Shown here in pieces: positions 36,562-44,270 of a stretch of DNA of 50,498 bases. The first letter of the stretch is position 1. Each line of letters opens with the position of its first letter. A program made the translations under genes and the position numbers. Source of the stretch: an uncultured bacterium (GTDB lineage Bacteria > Hydrothermota > Tepidihabitantia > CAYHGV01); NCBI GenBank assembly GCA_964356135.1, contig CAYHGV010000003.1:1-50498 (forward strand), in the 5' to 3' direction. The notes beneath the pieces are model-generated. The model did not search any database and was not told the DNA's origin. It saw only the letters and a program-made list of their open reading frames with translations.

Positions 36562-37575
36562 ATGAGGCTGAGACCATTTCATATTCCCCAGCGGATAGAA
36601 GTAGAGCCGGAATCGCTTTCGAGCGAATTCGGCCGGTTCATCGTTGGCCCGTTAGAACGAGGCTGGGGTCATACGATGGGTAATAGTTTGCGTCGGGCAC
36701 TCCTCTCTTCGGTTCAGGGTACGAGTATCAGCGAGCTGCGGATCGATGGGGTCGTCCATGAGTTTTCAACGCTACCGGATGTGTTAGAAGATGTTACCCA
36801 GATCGTTTTGAATTTAAAAAAGATCCGGTTGCAACTGAATGCCGAAATTCCTAAACTCTGCTATCTCCATGCCCGGGGCAAGAGTGAATTTTTTGCCCGG
36901 GATTTAGAGGTGCCGCCCGAGGTTGAGATCAAGACTCCGGACCAGAAGATTCTCACGATTACCAGTGCAAAACGTTTGGTCAATATGGAGTTGAAAGTTG
37001 AAAACGGGCGAGGCTGGGTTCCGGCGGAACGATTGAAGAAACAGAGAAATGTTCCACCGGGAGTGGTCGTGCTCGACTGTTTTTTCTCGCCGGTCAAAAA
37101 GGTCAACTACCGGGTCGAGAATACTCGGTTTGCCGAGCGCACCGATTACGAGAAGGTGATTCTCGAGGTTTCGACCGATGGCACGGTTAAGCCGGAAGAG
37201 GCGATGATTCAAGCGGCAACGATTCTGCGCGACCATATGGTTCCGGTTATCGGTCTGGGTACCGAGCCGGTCTTCATAAAGAAAGAAGAAAAGGTAGACC
37301 GGAAGCGGGAACTACAGCTTGCCATGTTCAACCGCGACATCGATGAGCTTGAAATTTCGCACCGGGCGAGTAATTCCCTGAAGCACGGTCGGCTGAAATC
37401 GACCGGTGCGTCGGTGTATATCAAAACGATTGGCGATTTGGTCCGGCGAACCAAAAAGGAGATGCTCGATATCGAAAACTTTGGCCGTAAATCATTAGCC
37501 GAATTGGAAGAGGTTTTATCGAGACTCGAACTGTCCTTCGAAATGGATGTCGAACAGATCGTGAAGGGGGATTAA
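36562..37575 (+). CDS. rpoA: RNA polymerase alpha subunit
   Basis: PLERGWGHTMGNSLRRALLSS, HEFST, NFGRKSL. Confidence 0.97.
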   Translation: MRLRPFHIPQRIEVEPESLSSEFGRFIVGPLERGWGHTMGNSLRRALLSSVQGTSISELRIDGVVHEFSTLPDVLEDVTQIVLNLKKIRLQLNAEIPKLCYLHARGKSEFFARDLEVPPEVEIKTPDQKILTITSAKRLVNMELKVENGRGWVPAERLKKQRNVPPGVVVLDCFFSPVKKVNYRVENTRFAERTDYEKVILEVSTDGTVKPEEAMIQAATILRDHMVPVIGLGTEPVFIKKEEKVDRKRELQLAMFNRDIDELEISHRASNSLKHGRLKSTGASVYIKTIGDLVRRTKKEMLDIENFGRKSLAELEEVLSRLELSFEMDVEQIVKGD

Positions 37576-37576
37576 T

Positions 37577-38041
37577 ATGCGGCACGGTGACCGGGTGAAG
37601 AAATTAGGCCGAACGCGGCGTCATCGCCGGGCGTTGCTGCGGAATTTGGTTGAAGCCCTCTTTATCTCGGAGCGAATCCGAACGACCGTCAGCAAGGCAA
37701 AAGAAGCGCGCCGGTTTGCCGAGCGGCTGATTACGATTGCCAAGGCCGATACCCTCGCCGCCCGGCGTCAGGTCGCAAAGTTCATCCGTGACCACCGGTT
37801 GGTGAAGCGGTTGTTCTCGGAACTTGCGCCCCGTTTTAAAGACCGGCCCGGTGGTTATACCAGGATTTTGAAGCTCGGTCCGCGACCGGGCGATGGTGCG
37901 GAAATGGTGCTCTTGGAGCTGGTGGTTAAGAGCGAAGCCAAGCAGGCAGTCAAACCGGTCAAAAAACCGAAAGCAGCAAAAGAACCGAAAAAAGAAACGA
38001 AAGAAAAGCGAGGAAAAACGAAGAAGCCGGAAAAGGCGTAG
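37577..38041 (+). CDS. rplQ: 50S ribosomal protein L17 with Lys-rich tail
   Basis: MRHG..KLGR, RPGGYTRILKLG.R.GD.A. Confidence 0.97.
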   Translation: MRHGDRVKKLGRTRRHRRALLRNLVEALFISERIRTTVSKAKEARRFAERLITIAKADTLAARRQVAKFIRDHRLVKRLFSELAPRFKDRPGGYTRILKLGPRPGDGAEMVLLELVVKSEAKQAVKPVKKPKAAKEPKKETKEKRGKTKKPEKA

Positions 38042-38050
38042 CATTCGCTC

Positions 38051-38078
38051 TTGACAGAATTTATTTTATGGTGACAAT
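38051..38078 (+). promoter_or_regulatory. Sigma70-like promoter for panD
   Basis: TTGACA-N16-GACAAT, 8 nt before ATG. Confidence 0.5.
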
Positions 38079-38086
38079 GGAGGAAG

Positions 38087-38449
38087 ATGTTACGGATCGT
38101 CTGTAAATCCAAAATCCAGCGGGTAAAAGTAACCGAAAAGAATCTCCTTTACGAAGGCTCGATAACCATTGATGGTGTGCTGATGGCGAGTGCGGATATC
38201 ATTGAAGGCGAGGCGGTTCAGGTTATCAATATCAATAATGGCGCACGGCTTGTTACCTATACGATGAAGGGCGAGGAGCATTCGGGCACGATTTGTCTGA
38301 ACGGCGGCACCGCCCGCCTGGGCGAGAAAGGCGATGAGCTGATTATTATATCCTACTGTCTGTTGGATACGGCCGCTGCCCGGGATTTTGAACCGAAGAA
38401 AATTTTTGTCGATGCGCAGAACCGACCGCTTCCACCCCGTCAGCAGTGA
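38087..38449 (+). CDS. panD: Aspartate 1-decarboxylase
   Basis: KSKI, YEGSITID cleavage site, NGARLVTY, ICLNG. Confidence 0.95.
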   Translation: MLRIVCKSKIQRVKVTEKNLLYEGSITIDGVLMASADIIEGEAVQVININNGARLVTYTMKGEEHSGTICLNGGTARLGEKGDELIIISYCLLDTAAARDFEPKKIFVDAQNRPLPPRQQ

Positions 38450-38486
38450 TCAACCCGCTTCCACCCACAATTTCTAACCACCTACC

Positions 38487-39230
38487 GTGATTGCGATCAT
38501 CTTAGCCGCAGGTCAGAGCAAGCGGATGCACGGCACGACCCCGAAGGTGCTGCTGCCGCTTTTGAAACGGCCGCTGCTCAGTTATGTGCTCGGTGCGGTT
38601 CGTCCTCTGTCCCCGGATAAAATTCTTTTAGTGGTTGGTAATTCGGGTGAGACGATGCAACACCAGTTTGGGGCTCCGGATACTTCGTTTGTCGTCCAAC
38701 CCGCACCTTGGGGGACTGCCCAGGCGGTGATGGTCTGCAGAGATTTTTTGGTACGGCCGGAGGAAGAGGTGATGGTGCTGTGCGGCGACGTGCCGCTGTT
38801 AACATCAAAAACCTTGAATCGGCTCGTGCAGGTCCACCGTGCGGAACAGGCGAGTCTGACTCTCGTTACTGCGTTTCTCGATAATCCCCAGGGGTATGGC
38901 CGGATTGTGCGCAACGGCACCGGCGATGTTTCCGGTATCGTTGAGGAGCGCGATGCTTCCGCCGCGGTGCGTACGGTTAAAGAAATAAATGCCGGGGTTT
39001 ATGTCTTTCATACCCAACCGTTGCTTGCAGCATTAGAAAAAATCAGCCCGAGTCCCGTAACCCGGGAGTATTATCTGACCGACACCATACCCCGGATTGC
39101 TGCCCAGGGACGGATTGGGGCGCTGACGGTCGAAAACCCGGAAGAGATTTTAGGAGTCAATACCCCGGAGGAGTTGCTCCGGGTGGAAACGATTCTTAAA
39201 AGGCGAAAGGAGGCAGGTGAATTTTTCTGA
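38487..39230 (+). CDS. Nucleotidyltransferase: GlmU N-terminal domain only
   Basis: ILAAGQSKRM..PK, GTA, GDVPL, GYGRIVR, EINAGVY, EYYLTD, GVNT; ends before any hexapeptide repeats. Confidence 0.9.
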   Translation: MIAIILAAGQSKRMHGTTPKVLLPLLKRPLLSYVLGAVRPLSPDKILLVVGNSGETMQHQFGAPDTSFVVQPAPWGTAQAVMVCRDFLVRPEEEVMVLCGDVPLLTSKTLNRLVQVHRAEQASLTLVTAFLDNPQGYGRIVRNGTGDVSGIVEERDASAAVRTVKEINAGVYVFHTQPLLAALEKISPSPVTREYYLTDTIPRIAAQGRIGALTVENPEEILGVNTPEELLRVETILKRRKEAGEFF

Positions 39231-39253
39231 TCGGAGGGTGATTCTCAAATGGT

Positions 39254-39376
39254 AAATTCGAAATTTGAATCCCTCATCCGCCACACTTCTTGGCGGACGA
39301 AACAAATTCAAGCCTCAAAATTCAAAAGATTGTCCGGTGAGTGGGTTTAGGATTTCGAAATTAGAATTTAGGGTTT
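39254..39376. repeat. Inverted heptamer tracts (AAATTCn / TTTAGRA) with nested TCCGCCA-N7-TGGCGGA (39277-39297)
   Basis: aaattcg-aaatttg-aatccct ... tttagga-tttcgaa-attagaa-tttaggg. Confidence 0.8.
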
Positions 39377-39394
39377 CTCCGATTGGGAGCATCG

Positions 39395-39823
39395 ATGGCT
39401 GCTAAGCGGATTGGGCGCAAGATACTGCTGGGGCTGTTAATCGCCGCGGTCGGTTTTGCAGTCTATTCGGTGGTGAAGCGCTTTTCTCCGAAAAAAGCGG
39501 CACCGCCGATCGATCGGGGTTCAATCCGAATTCAGGTGCTGAACGGCTCCGGCTTCGACAAGGAAGGGAAACGGGCAGCCAATCTTCTGCGGAGTTTTGG
39601 GTTTGATGTCTGGGAGATTAAAGACGCTACCCAGCTCTTTGACAAGACAAAGCTTTATGAACATACCGATAAACAACTGCGGAATGGCCGGGAGGTTGCA
39701 CGGGCGCTGCGCTATCGGGATAAGGTCGGGTTGGAGCTCGATTCGTTACTCTATCTGGATGTGACGGTGATCGTCGGTAAGGATTATAAAAAATTCTTTC
39801 CAGATACCGGACAGGTATTTTGA
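39395..39823 (+). CDS. LytR C-terminal domain membrane protein
   Basis: TM helix, IQVLNGSG, DVTVIVGKD; likely ATG 39395. Confidence 0.88.
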   Translation: MAAKRIGRKILLGLLIAAVGFAVYSVVKRFSPKKAAPPIDRGSIRIQVLNGSGFDKEGKRAANLLRSFGFDVWEIKDATQLFDKTKLYEHTDKQLRNGREVARALRYRDKVGLELDSLLYLDVTVIVGKDYKKFFPDTGQVF

Positions 39824-40182
39824 TTAACCGGGGTTCGACTCTTTCAAAACGGATTGCTCGTATCATCGATGATAAAAAAGGCGAAGATATTCTCATTTTA
39901 AACTTACGGCGTCATTCGCCGATCACCGATTTCTTTATCCTCTGCACCGCCAGTTCTTCAATCCACGCCCAGGCGATTGCCGACGGCATTGAAGAGACCC
40001 TGGCTCGGCTCAAGCATAAACCGCATCATTGTGAAGGATACGCCCTTGCCAACTGGATTCTTTTGGATTATCTTTCGGTCGTGGTTCACATCTTTTTGGC
40101 CGATGTCCGGTCTTTCTACGGATTGGAGCGACTCTGGGGTGATGCACCAAAGGTGAAGTTTGATGATTCAGGCAGTGATTAG
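39820..40182 (+). CDS. rsfS: Ribosome silencing factor
   Basis: DKKGEDI, WILLDY..VVVHIF, FYGLERLWGDA. Confidence 0.96.
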   Translation: MINRGSTLSKRIARIIDDKKGEDILILNLRRHSPITDFFILCTASSSIHAQAIADGIEETLARLKHKPHHCEGYALANWILLDYLSVVVHIFLADVRSFYGLERLWGDAPKVKFDDSGSD

Positions 40183-41746
40183 CAAGCGCATTGTGGAACT
40201 GATCGGGGAAGTGCCCGCCAAGCACGAAATCGCAAGAATAAAAGATCCCGGTTTCGGCGACTATGCTTCCAACCTGCCGTTTTTACTGGCGCAACCCGCT
40301 CGTCAGGATCCCCGGACGCTGGCGCAACAGTTGAGCGAAAGCTTGAGCCGGTTTCCGGAATTCGAAGCGGTCCGGCCGGGGGGTAAGGGGTTTATCAATT
40401 TTGTCCTGAGCCGGGATTTTCTCGTTCAAGGATTGAAACGGGCAGGCGAGAGCGGATTCGGTCCGAGCACGGTTGGTAATAACGAGAAAGTGTTGGTCGA
40501 ATATATTTCCGCAAATCCAACCGGTCCGCTCAATGTTGTCAATGCCCGGGCCGGCGCCTTGGGTAATGCGATTGTCAATCTCCTCCGGTATACCGGCTTT
40601 GACGCCCACTCCGAAAACTACATCAATGACGGTGGAACCCAGGTCGAACTGTTGCGGGCATCGTTGGCGGCACGGGTCAAAGAGCTTAAGGGCGAACCGG
40701 CGTCCGTCCCCGAGGGCGGCTATCCGGGCGAATATCTGATTCCGATTGCGCGCGAGGTGATCGAAAAAAATATCGACGAGAATGAATGGGCGCAGTATGT
40801 TCTTCGGCGGATTGTCCAGGGACAGAACGAGAGCCTGGAAGGATTGGGCCTGCGCTTCGACCGTTGTACCTACGAGAGTTCGGTTCGACCTCATAATTTG
40901 GAAATACTCTCCCTGCTCGGCGAACGGAAATTAAGCTACGTCGAGGAAGGGGCGGTCTGGTTCCGGGCAAAAGATTTTGGCGATACCGAAGACCGGGTGT
41001 TGGTGAAATCGGACGGCAACCCGACCTATTTCCTCACCGACCTCACCTACCATCGAGGGAAGTTTGAGCGTGGATTTGAGCGGCTGATAACCATCTGGGG
41101 GCCGGACCACCACGGTGATATTCAGCGGCTGCGCGGCGGCGTTACGGCACTGGGTTTGCCCGATAACCGGCTGGAGATTCTGATCTGCCAGGAGACGCAC
41201 CTCAAACGGGGTCAGGAAATCGTCAGCATGTCGAAACGGGCGGGCGAATATGTGACGCTCGATGCGGTGCTCGGGGAGATCGGTGCCGATGCCTTAAAGT
41301 TCTTTCTCCTGATGCGTAAGGCATCCCAGCATTTGGAATTTGATTTGGAACTGGCAAAGAAGACGACGAGTGAGAATCCGGTGTACTATGTTCAATACGG
41401 GCATGCGCGCATCGCGAGTATTTTAAAATATGCCAATGACCAGGGACTTTCACCCAGCGCGGAGTTCTTGACCGAGCTCAACCAGCCGGAGGAGCGGGAG
41501 CTGATTAAGACGATTCTCGATTTTCCCGATACGGTTCTGCAAGCCGCGCTCAGCCGGGAGCCGCACCGGGTTAGCTATTATCTGTTAGAATTAGCATCGT
41601 CGTTTCATTATTTTTATGAGCGCCATCGGGTCGTCTCGCCCAAGCGCGAGCTGAGCGGTGCCCGACTGTATCTCTGTCAGTTGACGAAGAACGTGCTGAA
41701 AGAAGGTTTGACCCTGTTAGGGGTCGGTGCGCCGGAAAGGATGTAG
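40163..41746 (+). CDS. argS: Arginine--tRNA ligase
   Basis: FGDYASN, EYISANPTGPL, WGPDHHG, MSKRAG, YYVQYGHARIASI, APERM. Confidence 0.97.
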   Translation: MIQAVISKRIVELIGEVPAKHEIARIKDPGFGDYASNLPFLLAQPARQDPRTLAQQLSESLSRFPEFEAVRPGGKGFINFVLSRDFLVQGLKRAGESGFGPSTVGNNEKVLVEYISANPTGPLNVVNARAGALGNAIVNLLRYTGFDAHSENYINDGGTQVELLRASLAARVKELKGEPASVPEGGYPGEYLIPIAREVIEKNIDENEWAQYVLRRIVQGQNESLEGLGLRFDRCTYESSVRPHNLEILSLLGERKLSYVEEGAVWFRAKDFGDTEDRVLVKSDGNPTYFLTDLTYHRGKFERGFERLITIWGPDHHGDIQRLRGGVTALGLPDNRLEILICQETHLKRGQEIVSMSKRAGEYVTLDAVLGEIGADALKFFLLMRKASQHLEFDLELAKKTTSENPVYYVQYGHARIASILKYANDQGLSPSAEFLTELNQPEERELIKTILDFPDTVLQAALSREPHRVSYYLLELASSFHYFYERHRVVSPKRELSGARLYLCQLTKNVLKEGLTLLGVGAPERM

Positions 41747-41775
41747 GATGACTACTCGAACGAGGCTGTGGTTAT

Positions 41776-41985
41776 TAAATTCTAAATCCAAAATACTAAT
41801 CCGCCATACCCCTTGGCGGACTAAACAATCTCTAAATTCTAATAAACAAAATTCAAAAAGAGTTTGGATATTTAATATTGGGAATTTGTTTACCCCGTTA
41901 GAAATACCATTTTCTTTGGACTTTCTTTTCTTGTTCAGGTTAATTGGATACTCCCTGCAATTTCTAACGGGGTTTAGAATTTCGG
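41776..41985. repeat. Inverted heptamer tracts with nested TCCGCCA-N7-TGGCGGA (41800-41820, flanked by CTAA/CTAA)
   Basis: taaattc-taaatcc-aaaatac-taa[hairpin]ctaaac ... tttggat-atttaat-attggga-atttg. Confidence 0.8.
41892..41973. mobile_element. MITE-like element with perfect 13-bp terminal inverted repeats
   Basis: ACCCCGTTAGAAA...TTTCTAACGGGGT interrupting the heptamer tract (tttgttt|ttagaattt). Confidence 0.75.
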
Positions 41986-41999
41986 GTCCTGTGCTCCCC

Positions 42000-42054
42000 G
42001 TCATTCTGAACCTGAGCGCAGCGAAGGTGAAGAATCTCACTTCACCGCTCAGAA
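42000..42054. repeat. GTCATTCTGA...GAAGAATCTC family repeat
   Basis: gtcattctgaacctgagcgcagcgaaggtgaagaatctc; related copies at 45782-45808 and 45843-45896. Confidence 0.75.
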
Positions 42055-42096
42055 CAACTTTAGAGATGAGCATTCGCATTAGCCGAAGGAGGGTAT

Positions 42097-42555
42097 ATGA
42101 ATCTCTCGTCATTGCTTAAGCCGGAACGGATTAACCTTGGCCTGAAGGCAAAGAAGAAAATCGATAGCTTGAGTGAACTGTTACTCTTGATTCGCCCCGC
42201 GAGTGATGTCGATCTTATTCTTCCGACCCTGCTGAAACGGGAGGAGCTCGGTTCGACCGGCGTCGGCAAAGGGATAGCGATTCCTCACTGCCGGTCGCTG
42301 ATGATTGACAAGTTGGAGCTGGCGGTGGGAAGATCGGATAAGGGCGTTACCTATCAGTCGCTCGATAAAAAACCCGCCCACCTTTTCTTTTTGATCATGG
42401 CTCCGCCCCAGGACCCGGGTAACCAGTATCTGATCACGTTGGGCAAGGTGGCGATGATTGCCCAGGAGATCGTCAAGCAGAAGAAAATTTTTGAGCCCCA
42501 GACGCCGGTTGAGTTCATTAAACTCGTCAAAGACCTGGAGGGAAAAATTAAATGA
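42097..42555 (+). CDS. PTS EIIA (fructose/Ntr type)
   Basis: REELGSTGVGKGIAIPH phospho-His motif; SD GAAGGAGG. Confidence 0.93.
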   Translation: MNLSSLLKPERINLGLKAKKKIDSLSELLLLIRPASDVDLILPTLLKREELGSTGVGKGIAIPHCRSLMIDKLELAVGRSDKGVTYQSLDKKPAHLFFLIMAPPQDPGNQYLITLGKVAMIAQEIVKQKKIFEPQTPVEFIKLVKDLEGKIK

Positions 42556-42899
42556 AAAAACAGTTGGAACTCTTAATTAAGCTCCATGATTTGGACCTGC
42601 TCTTGAAGGATTCGAAGAACCCCGAGACCATTAAGAAATACAAGAAACTCGGATTTAAACTGATGGAGCCATCGGTCGAGGTGTTACGGGCACGGCAGGA
42701 ATTGTGTCAACTGGTCGATGCAAAACTGCTCACCGCCTATGAGCGGATCATGAGGCGATACGGAGATCGAGCGGTCGTGCCGGTGATCAACGAATTCTGC
42801 GGGGGGTGCTATAGTAAGCTGCCGGCGGAGCTCGTCACTCACCAAACCGAGCTTCTTACCTGCCCCAACTGCGGTCGTTTCTTATACTGGATTAAATAG
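42552..42899 (+). CDS. Short C4 zinc-ribbon (DUF164-like) protein
   Basis: L..L..LD start, YERI, AVVP, CGGC, CPNCGRFLY; only 115 aa. Confidence 0.85.
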   Translation: MKKQLELLIKLHDLDLLLKDSKNPETIKKYKKLGFKLMEPSVEVLRARQELCQLVDAKLLTAYERIMRRYGDRAVVPVINEFCGGCYSKLPAELVTHQTELLTCPNCGRFLYWIK

Positions 42900-42936
42900 G
42901 TTTTCTCGGATTTCGGTAGGGGCTCCGACCGGACGG

Positions 42937-44088
42937 TTATTTTTTTGGTTTCCCTTTTTTAATAGCCCTTTTAAAACTGTCTTCGCTCACTTTGATAATA
43001 AAGAGGGTGCGTAACGCACCTTTGCTCACCTCGACGACTTTGCCTTCCAACGGCACTTTGATCGGCGGCTTGCCGATGAGCGGGTCTTTTTCGCCGATAG
43101 AGTATACACCCCGCTGGAAATCGAAGACCTTGAGTGCTCTGACTTTTTGGGGATTGGAGGGATAAGGGTAATATTCCTCCAACCGCACCCGTGAATTATT
43201 GGTAATGTCGGCATTGCCTACAAAATCGACCTCTAAGTCCATTACATTCTGGTCGACATCCCTGGTTTCGTCGAATACCGATACCCGGTTTCTTCCTTCT
43301 TCTTTTGCTCGATAGAGGGCTTTATCCGCCTGTCCGATCAGGCTTGGGCTGTCCTTGGCATTCCTGGGAAACAGGCTGACGCCGATGCTGACCGTAATCG
43401 ATAAATTGCTGGCACGAGCATTGAGCTTGGGGATAACCGATTGTTCCACCACCGAGCGCAGCCGTTCGGCTAAAGCGCGAGCTTCGGCTTCGCTGAAATT
43501 GGGAAGGATCACCGCCAATTCCTCGCCGCCGTAGCGGAACGCCATTCCTTTATGGGTAATCTCTCGCTTCAGCAATCCGCCGACCGTCCGTAAAATCTGG
43601 TCGCCCTGCTGGTGGCCATGCTCGTCATTGGTGCGTTTGAAATGGTCCAAATCTAAAAGAATCAAGGCGAGCGGCGTATTCATCCGGAGCGCCAGGCCGA
43701 TTTGACGGGGGAGCTCGCGGTCAAAAAAGTCTCGGCGGTAAAGACCGGTGAGACTATCGACCAGTCCGGTTTTGCTCGCTTTCGCCTGCCCCAGTTCGGC
43801 GCTTTCATATAAATCGCAATCTTCACACTGGACAAAGCTTCGGGTATCAACTTTGATGCCCCGAACCAAGCAGGACGCCTGAATGACGGTCACCGATGGT
43901 TTTCCGGCGCTATCTTCTCCAACCAGGACTCTTGCTTTTAAATGGATGCAGGGATAATCCGGGATTGGACAGCGGATACAGACTGCGGGCGTGGTGGGAT
44001 AAAGCGAAGGGAGCGACTGGATGCGGCAGATAACTCGGTCACCTTCATCAGTTTGACGATAAACACATACCCGTCGAAACTCATCCAT
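42937..44088 (-). CDS. Diguanylate cyclase with 8-Cys N-terminal domain and unknown C-terminal domain
   Basis: DSLTGL, DLDHFK.TND.HGH..GD, RYGGEEL, ADKALY.AK..GRNR; likely start 44088 (the 44127 start overlaps the promoter). Confidence 0.92.
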   Translation of the reverse strand: MDEFRRVCVYRQTDEGDRVICRIQSLPSLYPTTPAVCIRCPIPDYPCIHLKARVLVGEDSAGKPSVTVIQASCLVRGIKVDTRSFVQCEDCDLYESAELGQAKASKTGLVDSLTGLYRRDFFDRELPRQIGLALRMNTPLALILLDLDHFKRTNDEHGHQQGDQILRTVGGLLKREITHKGMAFRYGGEELAVILPNFSEAEARALAERLRSVVEQSVIPKLNARASNLSITVSIGVSLFPRNAKDSPSLIGQADKALYRAKEEGRNRVSVFDETRDVDQNVMDLEVDFVGNADITNNSRVRLEEYYPYPSNPQKVRALKVFDFQRGVYSIGEKDPLIGKPPIKVPLEGKVVEVSKGALRTLFIIKVSEDSFKRAIKKGKPKK

Positions 44089-44096
44089 TAGAGAGG

Positions 44097-44124
44097 ATTG
44101 TATATTTTCGTTGGGCGATGTCAA
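44097..44124 (-). promoter_or_regulatory. Sigma70 promoter for the cyclase, leaderless or near-leaderless
   Basis: Minus strand TTGACA-N16-TACAAT, 8 nt before ATG 44088, no SD. Confidence 0.72.
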
Positions 44125-44211
44125 CATGGTGTTGGTGATATTTTTCTACACCGGTGCCGATTAAAACCCGGCTCACTTTTTTCCGGAGCGGTTGTTTCAT
44201 TCCACGCCCGA

Positions 44212-44239
44212 TTGACATTTTTCCGCATTTTCTTACTAT
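44212..44239 (+). promoter_or_regulatory. Sigma70-like promoter, divergent from the cyclase promoter
   Basis: TTGACA-N16-TACTAT. Confidence 0.65.
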
Positions 44240-44270
44240 TGCAATCATACTAACTTGAATCCTGATAACC

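Noticed and set aside
38426-38466. 12-bp direct repeat CCGCTTCCACCC around the panD stop
   Set aside because: Single local duplication with nothing mobile between the copies
41717-42119. Two opposite-strand ~130-aa ORFs
   Set aside because: Both run through stacked repeats and a MITE; no coding signals
44089-44127. Longer start for the diguanylate cyclase
   Set aside because: Coincides with a near-consensus promoter
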